A stretch of DNA of 62,931 bases, counting the filler, from Octopus bimaculoides (lineage: Eukaryota), in assembly GCF_001194135.2 (NCBI RefSeq). It is 7 parts of 5 records of this genome, joined end to end, with 100 filler letters (N's around TTAATTAATTAA, not from the genome) between each part and the next. Parts side by side here need not be neighbours in the genome. Positions count along the whole stretch, not along the records: positions 36,393 to 56,639 come from NC_068991.1; 6 more parts are not named here. One strand, 5' to 3'. The translations under genes and the position numbers were made by a program. Numbering within the stretch: position 1 is the first letter of the stretch; the number at the start of each line of letters is the position of its first letter. Below are positions 36,801 to 50,899 of this stretch, piece after piece. Under the pieces are notes generated by a model, which was not told the DNA's origin, did not search any database, and saw only the letters and a program-made list of their open reading frames with translations.

Positions 36801-39659
36801 ACATCAACGTTTCAACTCAAAATGTAAAGCTATATATTTAATCCTTATGCAGCTATAGCTTATTTTTAATTCCTTTCTATTACCTTTTTATGAACACACT
36901 AAATACAACACATTGCATGAGTTATCCCACAGTGTATGAGGTTGCTTACAAATTGTAATAATAACAGCTAAAATTTCTAACTTCCCGAGTAGAAGTAGAA
37001 CAAGAGTATATCCTCTTTTTAATGTTTCTAGCATAAGCCTGTAACACCTACCCACAACTCTACATAATGCTTTTTAACTTAGGTAAAAAGACAACCAGTA
37101 CACAATGAAACAAGAATACTCAACGTATAAACTACTTTTCTGTTGCTGAAACAAGCTCTAACAATCATAATCTTCGCCATTATACAAAGCCTGAACATTA
37201 ATAGAGCAGCAGTTCAATTATACCGTCCACGTTAATCTTTCCAAAGAAAGCATAACAGAAAATATTTACACGAAACACTGGTATGAGAATTGCCGCTAGA
37301 GTAACGAGCAGAGGAACGGCTATTTATAGTGTACCGGTTGAGTTCTACCTCACCTGCTTCCAGTGTCTTTTCGGAGACTAGGATAGAAAATCTCTAAACA
37401 CTCGACCTGCTAGAAATAGCCGCTAAGTTTTCTTCGTAATCATCTCGTATAATCATAAAGCAAAATAAAGAACAAATAGGATAATAAACTTCAAGATGCC
37501 TGGAAAAATAAGACGTGATGGTCATGGCTGTAATGTTTTTATTCAAAAGATTAGAGATGGCGTGGTTTAATCAATAACAGCAGTAGCAGCATCAACAGCA
37601 ATAATGAAAATGGCTTCCAGGAGTTTCTGTGTCATAATGGGTAAACCTTTCATGAGAAACGGGATCGCATGAGACATGGATCACCATCATCATCATCCGG
37701 TGAGCCGCGCTACTAAAAGAAGTAAACGTAATTTTCCGCTAGGTGTGCCGCTCAGAAACTCTCACGGGCTGGAAGTTGCCCATAGACTGTTTTACGTGTT
37801 CGCCTGACGTGTTAGAGATAGCAGCCAAACTTCCCATTAACCACACTATGCCGTCTTAAATAATGTAACCACATGACGCTCATGGATGGAAAGCATTTGA
37901 TTGTAGAACTCCTCTATCAGAACTGATGTGAAATGAACGGCGACAACGATAATAGTAATAACAACGGTGTCGTATAGGAACACATTGACCAGTAAAGAAA
38001 AAAAAGTACCCCTTACGATAAACGTTCGATAAAATCCAATGTAGTATTTCACTGTTGTTTATTTTATCGATTCTTGAAAGACGATAAGGGTGGTTGGTGG
38101 TAATGGTTGTGATGGTAGTGAAAATAGTGAGTGTGGTAGTGGTTGCTAATGTGGTGGTGGCTGTGTAGAGATTGCGGATGTAGTGGTGATGTTGGTCTTG
38201 CAGATTGTGGGNNNNNNNNNNNNNNNNNNNNNNNNNNNNNNNNNNNNNNNNNNNNNNNNNNNNNNNNNNNNNNNNNNNNNNNNNNNNNNNNNNNNNNNNN
38301 NNNNNNNNNNNNNNNNNNNNNNNNNNNNNNNNNNNNNNNNNNNNNNNNNNNNNNNNNNNNNNNNNNNNNNNNNNNNNNNNNNNNNNNNNNNNNNNNNNNN
38401 NNNNNNNNNNNNNNNNNNNNNNNNNNNNNNNNNNNNNNNNNNNNNNNNNNNNNNNNNNNNNNNNNNNNNNNNNNNNNNNNNNNNNNNNNNNNNNNNNNNN
38501 NNNNNNNNNNNNNNNNNNNNNNNNNNNNNNNNNNNNNNNNNNNNNNNNNNNNNNNNNNNNNNNNNNNNNNNNNNNNNNNNNNNNNNNNNNNNNNNNNNNN
38601 NNNNNNNNNNNNNNNNNNNNNNNNNNNNNNNNNNNNNNNNNNNNNNNNNNNNNNNNNNNNNNNNNNNNNNNNNNNNNNNNNNNNNNNNNNNNNNNNNNNN
38701 NNNNNNNNNNNNNNNNNNNNNNNNNNNNNNNNNNNNNNNNNNNNNNNNNNNNNNNNNNNNNNNNNNNNNNNNNNNNNNNNNNNNNNNNNNNNNNNNNNNN
38801 NNNNNNNNNNNNNNNNNNNNNNNNNNNNNNNNNNNNNNNNNNNNNNNNNNNNNNNNNNNNNNNNNNNNNNNNNNNNNNNNNNNNNNNNNNNNNNNNNNNN
38901 NNNNNNNNNNNNNNNNNNNNNNNNNNNNNNNNNNNNNNNNNNNNNNNNNNNNNNNNNNNNNNNNNAGGAGGAGGAGAAGGAGGAGGAGGAGGAGGAGGAG
39001 AAGGAGGAGGAGGAGAGGAGGAGATTAAAGAAGAAAAGAGAGTAGTAGGAATAGGATGATTATGATGATGGTTGACGACGACGATGATGAAAACGATACA
39101 GAGGATAATGAGAATGACGTTGATGATGATGATGAGGAAGAAAAGGGTTGTTATGATGAGTGGGAGGAGAGAGAGGAGGATTATAACAATAATGATAATG
39201 AAGTTTTTAATGAAATAATAAACGGATTATAAAATTAATCCATTTTTTAAGGCACTTGACTTAGAATGTCTCAATCTGGAACATTCCACCACCACCACCA
39301 CCAGCAGTAGCACTGAAACCTAAGTACAACCACCATGCTCTGAAGAGGAGCAGCATGGCCTCTCAAACACCACCGCCTCCTAAAAAATGCTATCACGAGC
39401 AACTATTAATGAACACCACTACCATCAACATATAAAAACTACCACCATCCCATAAACATTTCCCAAACTCTATGAACTCTACCACTGCCCTATAAACACC
39501 TCCATTACTTCCACCAGCCCGCAAAGAGAACAACTACACTATACACATATAGGATATGGGCCTGATGATGATGATGACTGTCCCCTCGTGACCGACGATG
39601 TCCATCACCGACCGTTAAGAACACTGCGTACTCAGAAAAATTTATAATTACATTTTGGA

Positions 39660-39710
<51 letters not shown>

Positions 39711-39716
39711 ACTGTT

Positions 39717-39774
<58 letters not shown>

Positions 39775-39813
39775 CATGTAGATAGACAGACAGACAGGCA
39801 GACTGACAGACAA

Positions 39814-39847
<34 letters not shown>

Positions 39848-40078
39848 TATATGTGTGTATACTTCTGTGTATGCATATACGCATGTTTATATTGCTGTAT
39901 TTTGGAAACGTCATTCAACCTATACAATTATAACAACCGCACTGGCTGTACCTCACTTCCTAATTGATTTGTCGAAGTCCTTCGTCATGTATATGTATAT
40001 GTAATCTTGTCAATGAGTTTCCTTAACTCTTTGTTTGTTATAACTATAAATTGTTCATGAGTGTATATATGTAACTAG

Positions 40079-40129
<51 letters not shown>

Positions 40130-41572
40130 GCATTTTAAAGGTGTATCTGTTTTCGTGTATTTGCGGTGCATATCGTAAAAGTAGTCATTTGTCTAAATGG
40201 TGATGTATGTATTTGTGTGTGTTTGTGTGTGTGCATAGGTTTTCTTTTTGTCTTGTTATAGTTCATTTTCGTTTAAATTGTTCTGTCAATTGAACCGTAT
40301 TTTATTTATTGTAGTACAATCAGTAGATAAGTTACGATAGTTATGGGTGTGTCTATTACCTGATTTGAATTTAATTAATGGTAGTATCAGTAGATAATTT
40401 ATGGTATTTGTGGCTGTGGATGTAGGTATTTTATGTGTGTGTATAAACAGTTGTCACTATTGTCTGCTAGTTAATCAGTAAATGTGGAAATATTAGCTTA
40501 TCTTTCACTCGACTAATTGTATTATCACTCAGCTGAGGCTATAGATTATATTATATAATGTTATGTATCATTCCTGAGAAAGCTTATTATTGTTATAATC
40601 GTTTCCCCCAATTAATGTTGTATCTAGCCTCCTGTATGTACACGGAATTGGTAACTTGTCAGAGTGTCGGCTCTAGTGAGGGTGTAGATCAGATTTTTAA
40701 TCCATTATTATATAATGAACTGTCATATTCAACCAGAGTATGTTGATAGAGCATAGATGCTGGTGTTTTGTTATTGTACCTATATCTACACGTCTCAGTT
40801 CTCTCGTGTATACTATGAGAAGTTAAACATGAGTAGATTGTGGTCGTTTCTTTAGTATCAATCCTGGGCAGTAAATTAGCGGGACGACAAGGGTGTCTGG
40901 AGGGATGCCTTGCAGTATTTGTTCCAGCTCCACTCATTCTGATAGAAAAGTTTTCGACAAGACTACCAAGCTCTATCGGCCAAAGTCAACGGTGTTTCTG
41001 TCATATAAACGTAGGTGGCGAGCAGAGCGAAGCTTTGAATGTATAAGCAACTCACTTATGAGCTTCCTCACTTATGAGCTTCCTCACTTAAAAATCTTCC
41101 ACATGCCTTAATATACATATGCAGATGCATCATCAGCATTGCTCAACGGTAGCCCTACACACATATATACTTTTGCTCTGGTCTTGTAGACACCACATGT
41201 ACTTATTTAAGTCCCTACTTTTGCAGTTTCACAAATTCACTAGTTATTATTATAGAGAGAGGTATGCCTTCAGAATGAGTGATTAAATGTACCCGCTGTT
41301 TTGGTTCTTTTTTTTTTTTGTATTTAGTTTAAATATAAGTTTTGTTCCATCCAGTGTTTTTCTAAAGCTGATTGCTACATAAACCTTAAGAGTAGCGTCG
41401 ACATTCGTTATACTCTGAAACTTATTGCAATCGTGCCATGCGCTTACATCGTTTCTTTTTACTTTCACTTTCTAACATAATCCCGAATTTCCATTCGCAT
41501 AGTTGTTAATAATTGTTTCTGATGTCTCCATAGGTTCTTTATGCAAAGTGATCTAGTCCTGTTGACTACAGG

Positions 41573-42255
41573 GTGTTCCGGCGGAATTTCACATCACAGT
41601 TTGCATAAAAGGAAAATACCCAGTCCAAAAATAAACGTATCTTACAAAAATCAAAACATATTAACTAGATTATGGCTCGAAGATAACAGTTTACTCAAAG
41701 TAGCCGCCCTTAGCTTCCGCCACGGCTTCTGGACAGCTCTGGCGTCTTGAGGCTGCGGTGGAAGCGTTTCTCACTGTATTACTGGGATGATATTCGAATA
41801 GCTCCTGATGCTCGGCCTTGTTATTATTGCAAACAAAGCGGTTGGTGTCTTACTCCAAACATAGTAATCCTATGGATTATAATCTGTGGAAAGAGAAGGC
41901 CATAAACTGAGGCTAATGAAATTGTAGAAATTCACGGACAATCACTTCTGAGTCCAGTGGTATGTTTAGAAGCCGAATCCTGCCGTCACACATATGGCCT
42001 TCCAGCAGTAACCATCTCTTTAGCCATAGACTGACCACAAATATCTGTAGCTTCACATAGCCGTCTGAAATGAAACTAAATTCATGTTTTTGCAGTTGTT
42101 GAATGAATTCCGACGTGCGGACACAGACTGCTGTTTCTTCCTGCTGGCCACGCTTTCGAAGTCTCTGTTGCAGGTGTCCAGATCACATCTTACAGCTTTT
42201 ACAGTGATCACAGAACATTGGGCAGCAGTCATGACGTCGGTATTTTAACACCCAG
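41573..42255 (-). mobile_element. DD37D/maT-type Tc1/mariner relic, internally deleted
   Basis: TACAGGGTGT terminus at about 41575. Minus strand reads YV.QQDSA, WPSLSTDYNP*DYYVW and ..VAEAKGGYFE*. Confidence 0.78.
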
Positions 42256-42639
42256 CGCTAAAAAGCATGGTACAGGTTACTCTTTTTCAATATTTGTTTC
42301 AAATATTGTTATACCATATATTGTCATACCATATATTGAGTTCCTCTTTCTTTTGTGCTTAATGAAAACGTTTCATATATTTATTATATCTTTTATCATT
42401 TATTTTTCACTTCTTTCAGTCAGTAGACTGTGACCATGCTGGGGCAACGCCTTGAAGAATTTTTAATCGAATCAGTCGACCCTAGCACTTGTTTTATTTT
42501 AAAATCTGTTTGTATGAATGAAGTTAGAATGTCAAGCATTGAGAAGAGTGAAAAAAGAGATGGCCGAGGTAAAGAAGAACAACAAAGTAAAAAGAAGAGA
42601 ACGAGAGATCGAAGCTAATAACCACGACGATATACAAAT

Positions 42640-42917
42640 CACAACAGTTATGATGACGATGATGATGATTATGAGAGTGGTAGTGGTAGATCTGGTGATG
42701 GGATGATGATGATGATGATCATCATCATGATGATGATGGTGACGATGATATCGACATGATGACGATAATGTGATGATGGAAATGGCAACGATAACGACTA
42801 TGACGATGACGGTGATGATGATGATGATGATGATGAAGATAACGATGATGACGACGATGACGACTACGACGACGATGACGACGACAATGGCGATGATGAT
42901 GATAAAGACGGTGGATG

Positions 42918-42966
<49 letters not shown>

Positions 42967-43952
42967 GACGATGACAACGAAATGACGATGGTAATGATGA
43001 TAATGCCTGATGTGGCTGACAACGACGCCGCCGATGCAGGTTACAACGATAATGTTGATGATGATGAAGAAGAGGATGAGATGACGATCATCTTCATCAT
43101 CATCATCTTCATCATCATCATCATTATCATCATCATCATCATCATAATCGTCATCATCATCGTCGTCGTCATCATCATCATCGTCATCATCATCATCATC
43201 ATCGTCATCAGGTCGACGTCGACGACGACGATGCTGAAGATATTAATAACGTCGACTACTAAAGACAACCTGCACCGTTTCCAACCCGCCACAGCAATCC
43301 CTACGCATATTACGAAATAAATCCCCCTAAATATTTTTGTCATTTGCTTAATTCCTTTGATGCAGTTTTCTACATTATGATTTCTATTAAATGTGATGTA
43401 TAACATAGTTTTACAGTATTTGTCCGGATTTGTAATTCGTTCACCGCCCAACACCACCACCAACAACAACAACAACACTGCTACTGCTGCCGGTGCCACC
43501 GTCACCGCCGCCGTCACCGCCGTCACCGCCGCCGCCGCCTCTACCCCTCTTTTATCTCGCTGCCAACCACCATATTTTCCATACCCCCACTCTATATTAA
43601 TATTTCAGTCATCAGCTTCATCAGCAGCAATATTGTCACCATTATCATCCGAATGCTATCGGAGATTATCCACCAATGATGAGAATTATGAGCGTCAATC
43701 TCATCGGCCATAACAGCAGCGGCTGCAGCGGCTGCAGCAGTGGCGCTGTCGACGTCTTCGTTGTCGTTGACGTAGTCGTCGATTTCGTTCGTTGTTATTA
43801 TCATCATCATCATCGTTGTCATGACACTTAACTGTTGGCATGATGACGATAACTATCATCCTCACCACCACCACCACCACCAACACCACCACTATCCTGA
43901 TCCTCTTCCTCCTCCTCCTTTTCATCATCACCATCATCACCACCGCTATCAC

Positions 43953-43988
<36 letters not shown>

Positions 43989-44007
43989 AATCATCATCAT
44001 CATCACG

Positions 44008-44046
<39 letters not shown>

Positions 44047-44047
44047 G

Positions 44048-44091
<44 letters not shown>

Positions 44092-44560
44092 GTCATCATC
44101 GTCGTTTTTGTTACCTTTGTCATCGTCGTCAATGTCGTAGTCGTTCGTCGTTGTCATCACGATCATCACCATTATCATCATCATTGTCATAAACNNNNNN
44201 NNNNNNNNNNNNNNNNNNNNNNNNNNNNNNNNNNNNNNNNNNNNNNNNNNNNNNNNNNNNNNNNNNNNNNNNNNNNNNNNNNNNNNNNNNNNNNNNNNNN
44301 NNNNNTCATCATCATCATCATCATCATCATCGTCATCATCATCAGCATCAACATCTTCATCATCAACATCGTCGTCATCATTGTCATCATCAACATCATC
44401 ATCACCATCACCATCATTATCATCATTATCATCATCGTCATCATTATCATCTTCGTCGTCATTGTCATCATCGTCATCGTCATCGTCATCATCATCATCG
44501 TCATCATCATCGTCATCATCATCATCATCAATATATCATTATCATCGTCATGGTCACCAC
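42640..44560. repeat. Large compound (GAT/GAC)n and (CAT/CGT)n trinucleotide field
   Basis: Alternating GAT-rich and CAT-rich blocks with short unique spacers. Confidence 0.95.
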
Positions 44561-44584
44561 CACCACCCTACTCATGCTCACCTT

Positions 44585-44722
44585 CCTCGACCCCAGTACT
44601 TAACTGGTACTTAATTTATCGACTCCGAAAAGATGAAAGGTAAAGTTGACCTCGGCGGAATTTGAACTCAGAACATAGCGGCATTTCGCCCGGCGTGCTA
44701 ACGTTTCTGCCCGCTCACTGCC

Positions 44723-44725
<3 letters not shown>
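44585..44725 (-). mobile_element. SINE family B
   Basis: Reverse complement matches the 50590-50750 copy. Confidence 0.8.
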
Positions 44726-44771
<46 letters not shown>

Positions 44772-44850
44772 TAATAATAATAATAATAAGAAGAAGAAGA
44801 AGAAGAAGAAGAAAATTACAATAATAATAATAATAATATTAATAATAATA

Positions 44851-45024
44851 ATATATATAACATACAGAAAATTGCACTACTGGGTACTGCACACATTCTA
44901 CGCAAAACACTTTCAATACAGTAAACATAAGAGCACCACAGCAAACCACAGCACATACCCAAGGCACACAGAGCTGCGCTCGGTAGTGAAGTGAAAGCCC
45001 GTTATAAAAATTAAACTACTGAAC
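44851..45024 (+). mobile_element. 174-bp 3' stub of the R4/Dong-type element inside (AAT)n
   Basis: Colinear with 24-197, with 3 substitutions counted by eye. (AAT)n on both sides. Confidence 0.9.
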
Positions 45025-45110
45025 AATAATAATAATAATAAGAAAAATTACAAAATAATGATAATAATAGTAATAATAACAACAAAAACAGCAGCAACAA
45101 CAACAACAAC

Positions 45111-45146
<36 letters not shown>

Positions 45147-45541
45147 TACAATGATACCCAAGTGTTACGTCATTATCTCACTACCAAGGGGATCACAGTC
45201 TTCATTGTCGTCATCTTCGTCGTCGTTGTTGTCGTCTGCGTCGCCGTAATTTCTTATCGTCACATCTGCTACTATTAATGCCACCGCCACCATCACTACC
45301 ACCACCAGAACTACCAATACCATCATCATCATCATCATCATCATCATTATCGTGACCATCAGTATGCTATTTGTTAAAACCGTCGTGATTGCACCATCAT
45401 GAAACAATGAGTGTGTGTGTGTGTCTGTGTATGAATGTGTGAGTATGTATCTACGTATGCGAGTCTGAGCATCTCTGCGTATGCGTGTACTAGTATGTAT
45501 GTATATGAACTGTTCGTATGTATGTGTGTATTATGTATGCC

Positions 45542-45577
<36 letters not shown>

Positions 45578-45902
45578 CGTGTGCTTGTGTATGCTCCTCA
45601 CTATGCGTATGTATAAATGCACACGTTTCACTGAGCATGTATCAGTATGTGTGCGTCTGTACGCATGTGTCAGTATGTGCATGTATTATTGTCTGTGTGC
45701 CTATGTGTGCGTGTGTGTATCAGCGGGCGTATCTAATAGTGTGTGTGTGTGTGTATAATTGCGTGGTCTCATTGTGTGTATGTATAAATGTGAGACTGCA
45801 TGTGTTGTGAATGTGTGTCACTATGTTTGCATGTGCATTTGTGTATTTGTGCGCGCGTGTGTATGTACGTGTGTGTATGTGTGTGTGTGTGTGTGTGTAT
45901 GT

Positions 45903-45936
<34 letters not shown>

Positions 45937-46079
45937 CTGTGTGAATATTTCGTAATACGTTTTACTTCCAAGGTGCAGTGCAACTAACCGTGCAAGTCGC
46001 TGCATATTATCACGCACGAATTGTCAGCAGAGTTATGTAGCCTCTATCCAGCCCCGTCCATGTAACAACAGCACCCATT

Positions 46080-46680
46080 CCACCACAGCCACCACCACAA
46101 TCACCATCACCATCACTAACACAACCAGCGCTACTCCACCTCCATCACCAACTCCACCACCGCCATAACCTCCACCTCACACCGACACCAACATCATCTC
46201 GCACCTCCAATCATCGCCGCCGCCACACCGCCGCTAAAGCCGTCACCACCACCACCACCGCTGCCACTGCTACCGCCACTACCACCGTAATTACCATCAT
46301 CATCACCATCATTACCCCTCCACATCACCACCATTACCTCCATCGCCATCTCCAGTATGGTGACAATCACCACCCCACTATCGGCACCGTCTGCAGAATC
46401 GGCAACACTACTAAACAATACTGCCACAATAACAACGACCGTCACAAGTACCAGTACCACCACCACCACCACCACCACTACCACCACCACCACCACTACC
46501 ACCACCACCACCACAACCACCACCACTACTACCACTACCACCACCACCACCCATGACCACCACCCACTACCACCACCACAACCACCACCACCACAACTAC
46601 AACCACAACCACCACTACCACCACCACAAGCACCACCACCAATACTACCACCACCGCCACCGCCATCATCACCTTCACCA
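46080..46680. repeat. (ACC)n/(CCA)n-rich trinucleotide field
   Basis: Direct reading; source of the poly-Thr/Pro and poly-Val/Gly ORFs. Confidence 0.92.
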
Positions 46681-46722
46681 CAATCACAAACTTTAGTTTC
46701 AACATCTTCCACTTACCCATCG

Positions 46723-46766
<44 letters not shown>

Positions 46767-47144
46767 TACCAAGTGTTTCCGCATCGCTAGATGTCGCTAC
46801 TGTTGTTAAGTTAAAAACGAGATGGTTTCATAACATGCCATGTTTGTCTACTTCTGACGACAAAACTAATGGAAATTTTAGCCTCTTAAAAGGAATGCCT
46901 GCAGGGAATTAACATACGTTATCGCTAGAAATGAATAACATGACAATCCAAAGACCTAATCTTCGGCAACATTATTGGTGAATTACTTTATTTGCTGCAA
47001 GGACGGCGGATGAAAGGATACGACAAGGAGAAATGATAGAAGCCGTAGGTGTTTACATAAATTCGACTTTATGTATGTTCTCTTTCGGTTTTTAATTAAA
47101 TTCTTCCTCTGAAGAAGGAGTAGGTCTCTGACAAACATGCAATG

Positions 47145-47421
47145 ATGTGTATGTATGTATGTATGTATGTATGTAAGTATGTATGTATGTATGTAAGTAT
47201 GTATGTATGTATGTATGTATGTATGTATGTGTGTATGTATGTATGTATGTATGTGTGTGTATGTATGTATGTATGTGTGTGTGTGTATGTATGTATGTAT
47301 GTATGTGTGTCTGTATGTATTTATGTGTGTCTGTATATATGTATGTATGTATGTATGTTTGTATGTGTGTGTATTTATATATATATGTATGTATGGTTGT
47401 ATGTGTGTGTATGTATATATG

Positions 47422-47452
<31 letters not shown>

Positions 47453-47498
47453 TATGTATGTATGTATGTTGGTAGGTAGATAAGTAGGTAAATAGGTA
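47145..47498. repeat. (TATG)n tetranucleotide microsatellite, degenerate
   Basis: Direct reading of the sequence. Confidence 0.95.
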
Positions 47499-48189
47499 NN
47501 NNNNNNNNNNNNNNNNNNNNNNNNNNNNNNNNNNNNNNNNNNNNNNNNNNNNNNNNNNNNNNNNNNNNNNNNNNNNNNNNNNNNNNNNNNNNNNNNNNNN
47601 NNNNNNNNNNNNNNNNNNNNNNNNNNNNNNNNNNNNNNNNNNNNNNNNNNNNNNNNNNNNNNNNNNNNNNNNNNNNNNNNNNNNNNNNNNNNNNNNNNNN
47701 NNNNNNNNNNNNNNNNNNNNNNNNNNNNNNNNNNNNNNNNNNNNNNNNNNNNNNNNNNNNNNNNNNNNNNNNNNNNNNNNNNNNNNNNNNNNNNNNNNNN
47801 NNNNNNNNNNNNNNNNNNNNNNNNNNNNNNNNNNNNNNNNNNNNNNNNNNNNNNNNNNNNNNNNNNNNNNNNNNNNNNNNNNNNNNNNNNNNNNNNNNNN
47901 TGTGTGTGTGTGTGTGTGTGTGTAAATATAAGATCCAAGGATCGAGGTGTAGGAAAAAAGTTAGCTTCAAGCAAACCGTAGTAAATATAAAAAACAACTT
48001 TCAGAGACAATAGTGGTTTATTTTCTTAACGGCCTACATATGTTTCATAGCGAGCGGAACCTCGGAAGTGGTAAATATCCAAGCGAGGTGTATACCGTAG
48101 ACTGCTCTTCACGCCAAAGATATCTTGATTAAATGAAAGTTTACATTATCGCAAGGAGGCTCGTGCCAACACATGGAAGATAACTCTTG

Positions 48190-48221
<32 letters not shown>

Positions 48222-48906
48222 TGTATGCGTGCTTATACATATATATATATATATATTACACACTGGAGCGAAGACATGTTACGATACAGGTAGAGAAATT
48301 TGAAAAGACAACACGAAACCGGTTATTTCTCCAAATATAATGTTTATATACCCAAAATTTTATAACATTTTTCTGACAAAACAATTTAAATATATACTTT
48401 TACCATGTAACACAAGCCTTCTGTAGTTTTTTCACTCTTGTTTATCTTTTATACATCCAACCACGTTCTTTCACGTACCAACTTTCTCACCTATATATAT
48501 ATATANNNNNNNNNNNNNNNNNNNNNNNNNNNNNNNNNNNNNNNNNNNNNNNNNNNNNNNNNNNNNNNNNNNNNNNNNNNNNNNNNNNNNNNNNNNNNNN
48601 NNNNNNNNNNNNNNNNNNNNNNNNNNNNNNNNNNNNNNNNNNNNNNNNNNNNNNNNNNNNNNNNNNNNNNNNNNNNNNNNNNNNNNNNNNNNNNNNNNNN
48701 NNNNNNNNNNNNNNNNNNNNNNNNNNNNNNNNNNNNNNNNNNNNNNNNNNNNNNNNNNNNNNNNNNNNNNNNNNNNNNNNNNNNNNNNNNNNNNNNNNNN
48801 NNNNNNNNNNNNNNNNNNNNNNNNNNNNNNNNNNNNNNNNNNNNNNNNNNNNNNNNNNNNNNNNNNNNNNNNNNNNNNNNNNNNNNNNNNNNNNNNNNNN
48901 NNNNNN

Positions 48907-48942
<36 letters not shown>

Positions 48943-49199
48943 CAATACAAAAGCGCATGATGACCAGCGATGTGTAACAACATCTGATAGCCTGATCGGT
49001 CACCTGATCACGTGATATATATATATATATATACATTCATACATATATATGTACATATATATTTATACCTACATATATGAATATATATGTATATATTCAT
49101 GCATACATATATAATTATGTATGTATATAGAGAGAGAAAGCGAGAGAGTAAAAGAAGAGCGAGACGGAATAAAGTGAATCGTCTCGGAAAATGATCGCC

Positions 49200-49990
49200 A
49201 CCTACATCGGGTCAAGGAGTCCCAAAATTCAGGATTATACTGACTACGAAGGTCAAGTGCCCTCTCTTTGTCGTTTTTTTCCGATCTACAGGAACATGAT
49301 AAATGTATGTTTATTCATCCGGACCTTCCTAGTCGATTTCATCCACCTTTCTGCAAATTTACAAGAACTGTCATCAGTCCTTTCAACCTTGCCCACCATG
49401 CAACTTTCCAGTGGAAACAACTTAAAATCTTAACATTATTCTGGGAGTTGTAACAGACGCCTGACCTGCAAGGTAGGAACAAAGATGTAATCTGTCCATA
49501 AAGCTCGTAGGGTAGAGCATCAAAGTATGCCCTCAAATTTACCGTCAACGGTCTACTATTAACCCCAAAGTGTTAGCGGAAAACAGTACATGCCTGCCCA
49601 GAATCAGCATGCACGGTGAGTTGAAAATTGTGAGTTTGGTTTCACGTTGCGCTTCATCACGAAGTCCGTCGAATGGCTTTCACTCCTCCATGTCTAATAA
49701 GGACGCACCTTTGATCTGTTAGAGTAATCTCACGAGCTCGCATCGAAGGGAAGTTCGAGAGCTATTTTCGCCATCAACCCATCTTTTCCTAATGGCCAAC
49801 TCAAACTTATTGAGTGACTTCCTCTCTAATATATTGTTTAATATCACAACTCTGTCACACCCTATTGATTCTACTCTAATGGTTCTCTTCTGAAAGAGCC
49901 ATTAACTCCTGCTTAATGAGTTCAGTAATCAGGTTGTTATGAGCTTTCCGCGCTGGGAAACGTTGCGCTGAACGTCCTACGCATAGATCA
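49200..49990 (-). mobile_element. Degenerate L1/Tx1-like LINE fragment
   Basis: Broken minus-strand frames with DALPYEL.. (DGLPYE-like) and traces of neighbouring RT motifs. Heavily mutated. Confidence 0.45.
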
Positions 49991-50589
49991 CTACCTACGC
50001 AACCGATATAGACACTTCAGTTCAAAAACTGTAGTCGACTAGCCGAAATTGTAGACACCTCTACACTATCTCTACTTACTGATATAAAAAGTTATTTGTC
50101 CAAGTTCATGTTTGTGCATTTGATGGACTAGTAAGGTTTTTACACACACACACATACATCTCTACTGCCGGTTGCACTCGCACAATCCTAGCGTGCTTCT
50201 TTGATGTCATTCCAGTCTCGTACTTATGCAGACGGACGGAGTGTTCCCAATAAGAATGTCTGCAAAAGTTTTGCTGCTCCATCCATTCGGAACGCAAGCC
50301 CGAAGATAATGTTTAGATACTGCTGACATCCAGTACCATCTAGAAAGACAGCACTTCCATTAACTCATACTCCCGTGACATTAAATTTAAACACAGTGTG
50401 CGTTTGAGAACAACATTTTAAAATAAGGAAAACAGAAATATCTCTTAGAAAACCCAATATATTTTCATAGAATTTGGTATCCATATTCTCAAATAAACAT
50501 AGCAAAAGGCTCCTGAAATTACTAAATGCGTTCATCAGATGTTCTTTCTTTATGTCTGCCATAACGAGTCCTTGATATCATGGGCATGC

Positions 50590-50820
50590 TTAAGGCAGCG
50601 AGCTGGCAGAATCATTAAGCACGCCAGGCAAAATGCTTAGCGGCATTTCGTCCGTATTTTCGTTCTGAGTTCAAAATCTGCCGAAGTCGACTTTGCCTTT
50701 CAGCCTTTCGGTGTCGACAAAATTAAGTACCAGTTGAGTACTGGAGTTTGATGTAATCGAGTAGACCCCCCCCCCACCAAATTTCAGGCCTGTGCCTACA
50801 GTAGAAAGGATATTATGGGC
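50590..50820 (+). mobile_element. Near full-length SINE family B
   Basis: AAGGCAGCGAGCTGGCAGAATC head, GTTCTGAGTTCAAA B-box-like motif, AAGTACCAGTTGAGTACTGG tail. Confidence 0.85.
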
Positions 50821-50899
50821 ATGTTTGTTGGTCTCACTCTCAACATACCCCAGACGTAGTAGTCCAGTGATTTTAAAATCAGGAGAGCTAAACGGCTAA

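Noticed and set aside
36960-37300. Possible LINE RT fragment (SRVEVEQEYILF, resembling GV.QG.ILSP)
   Set aside because: Similarity is too weak to call without a search.
42770-44614. His-, Asp-, Met- and Ile-rich ORFs
   Set aside because: All frames of (GAT)n/(CAT)n are open by construction.
46194-46809. Mucin/extensin-like Thr/Pro ORF and the antisense Val/Gly ORF
   Set aside because: Translation of (ACC)n; no splice signals or domain content.
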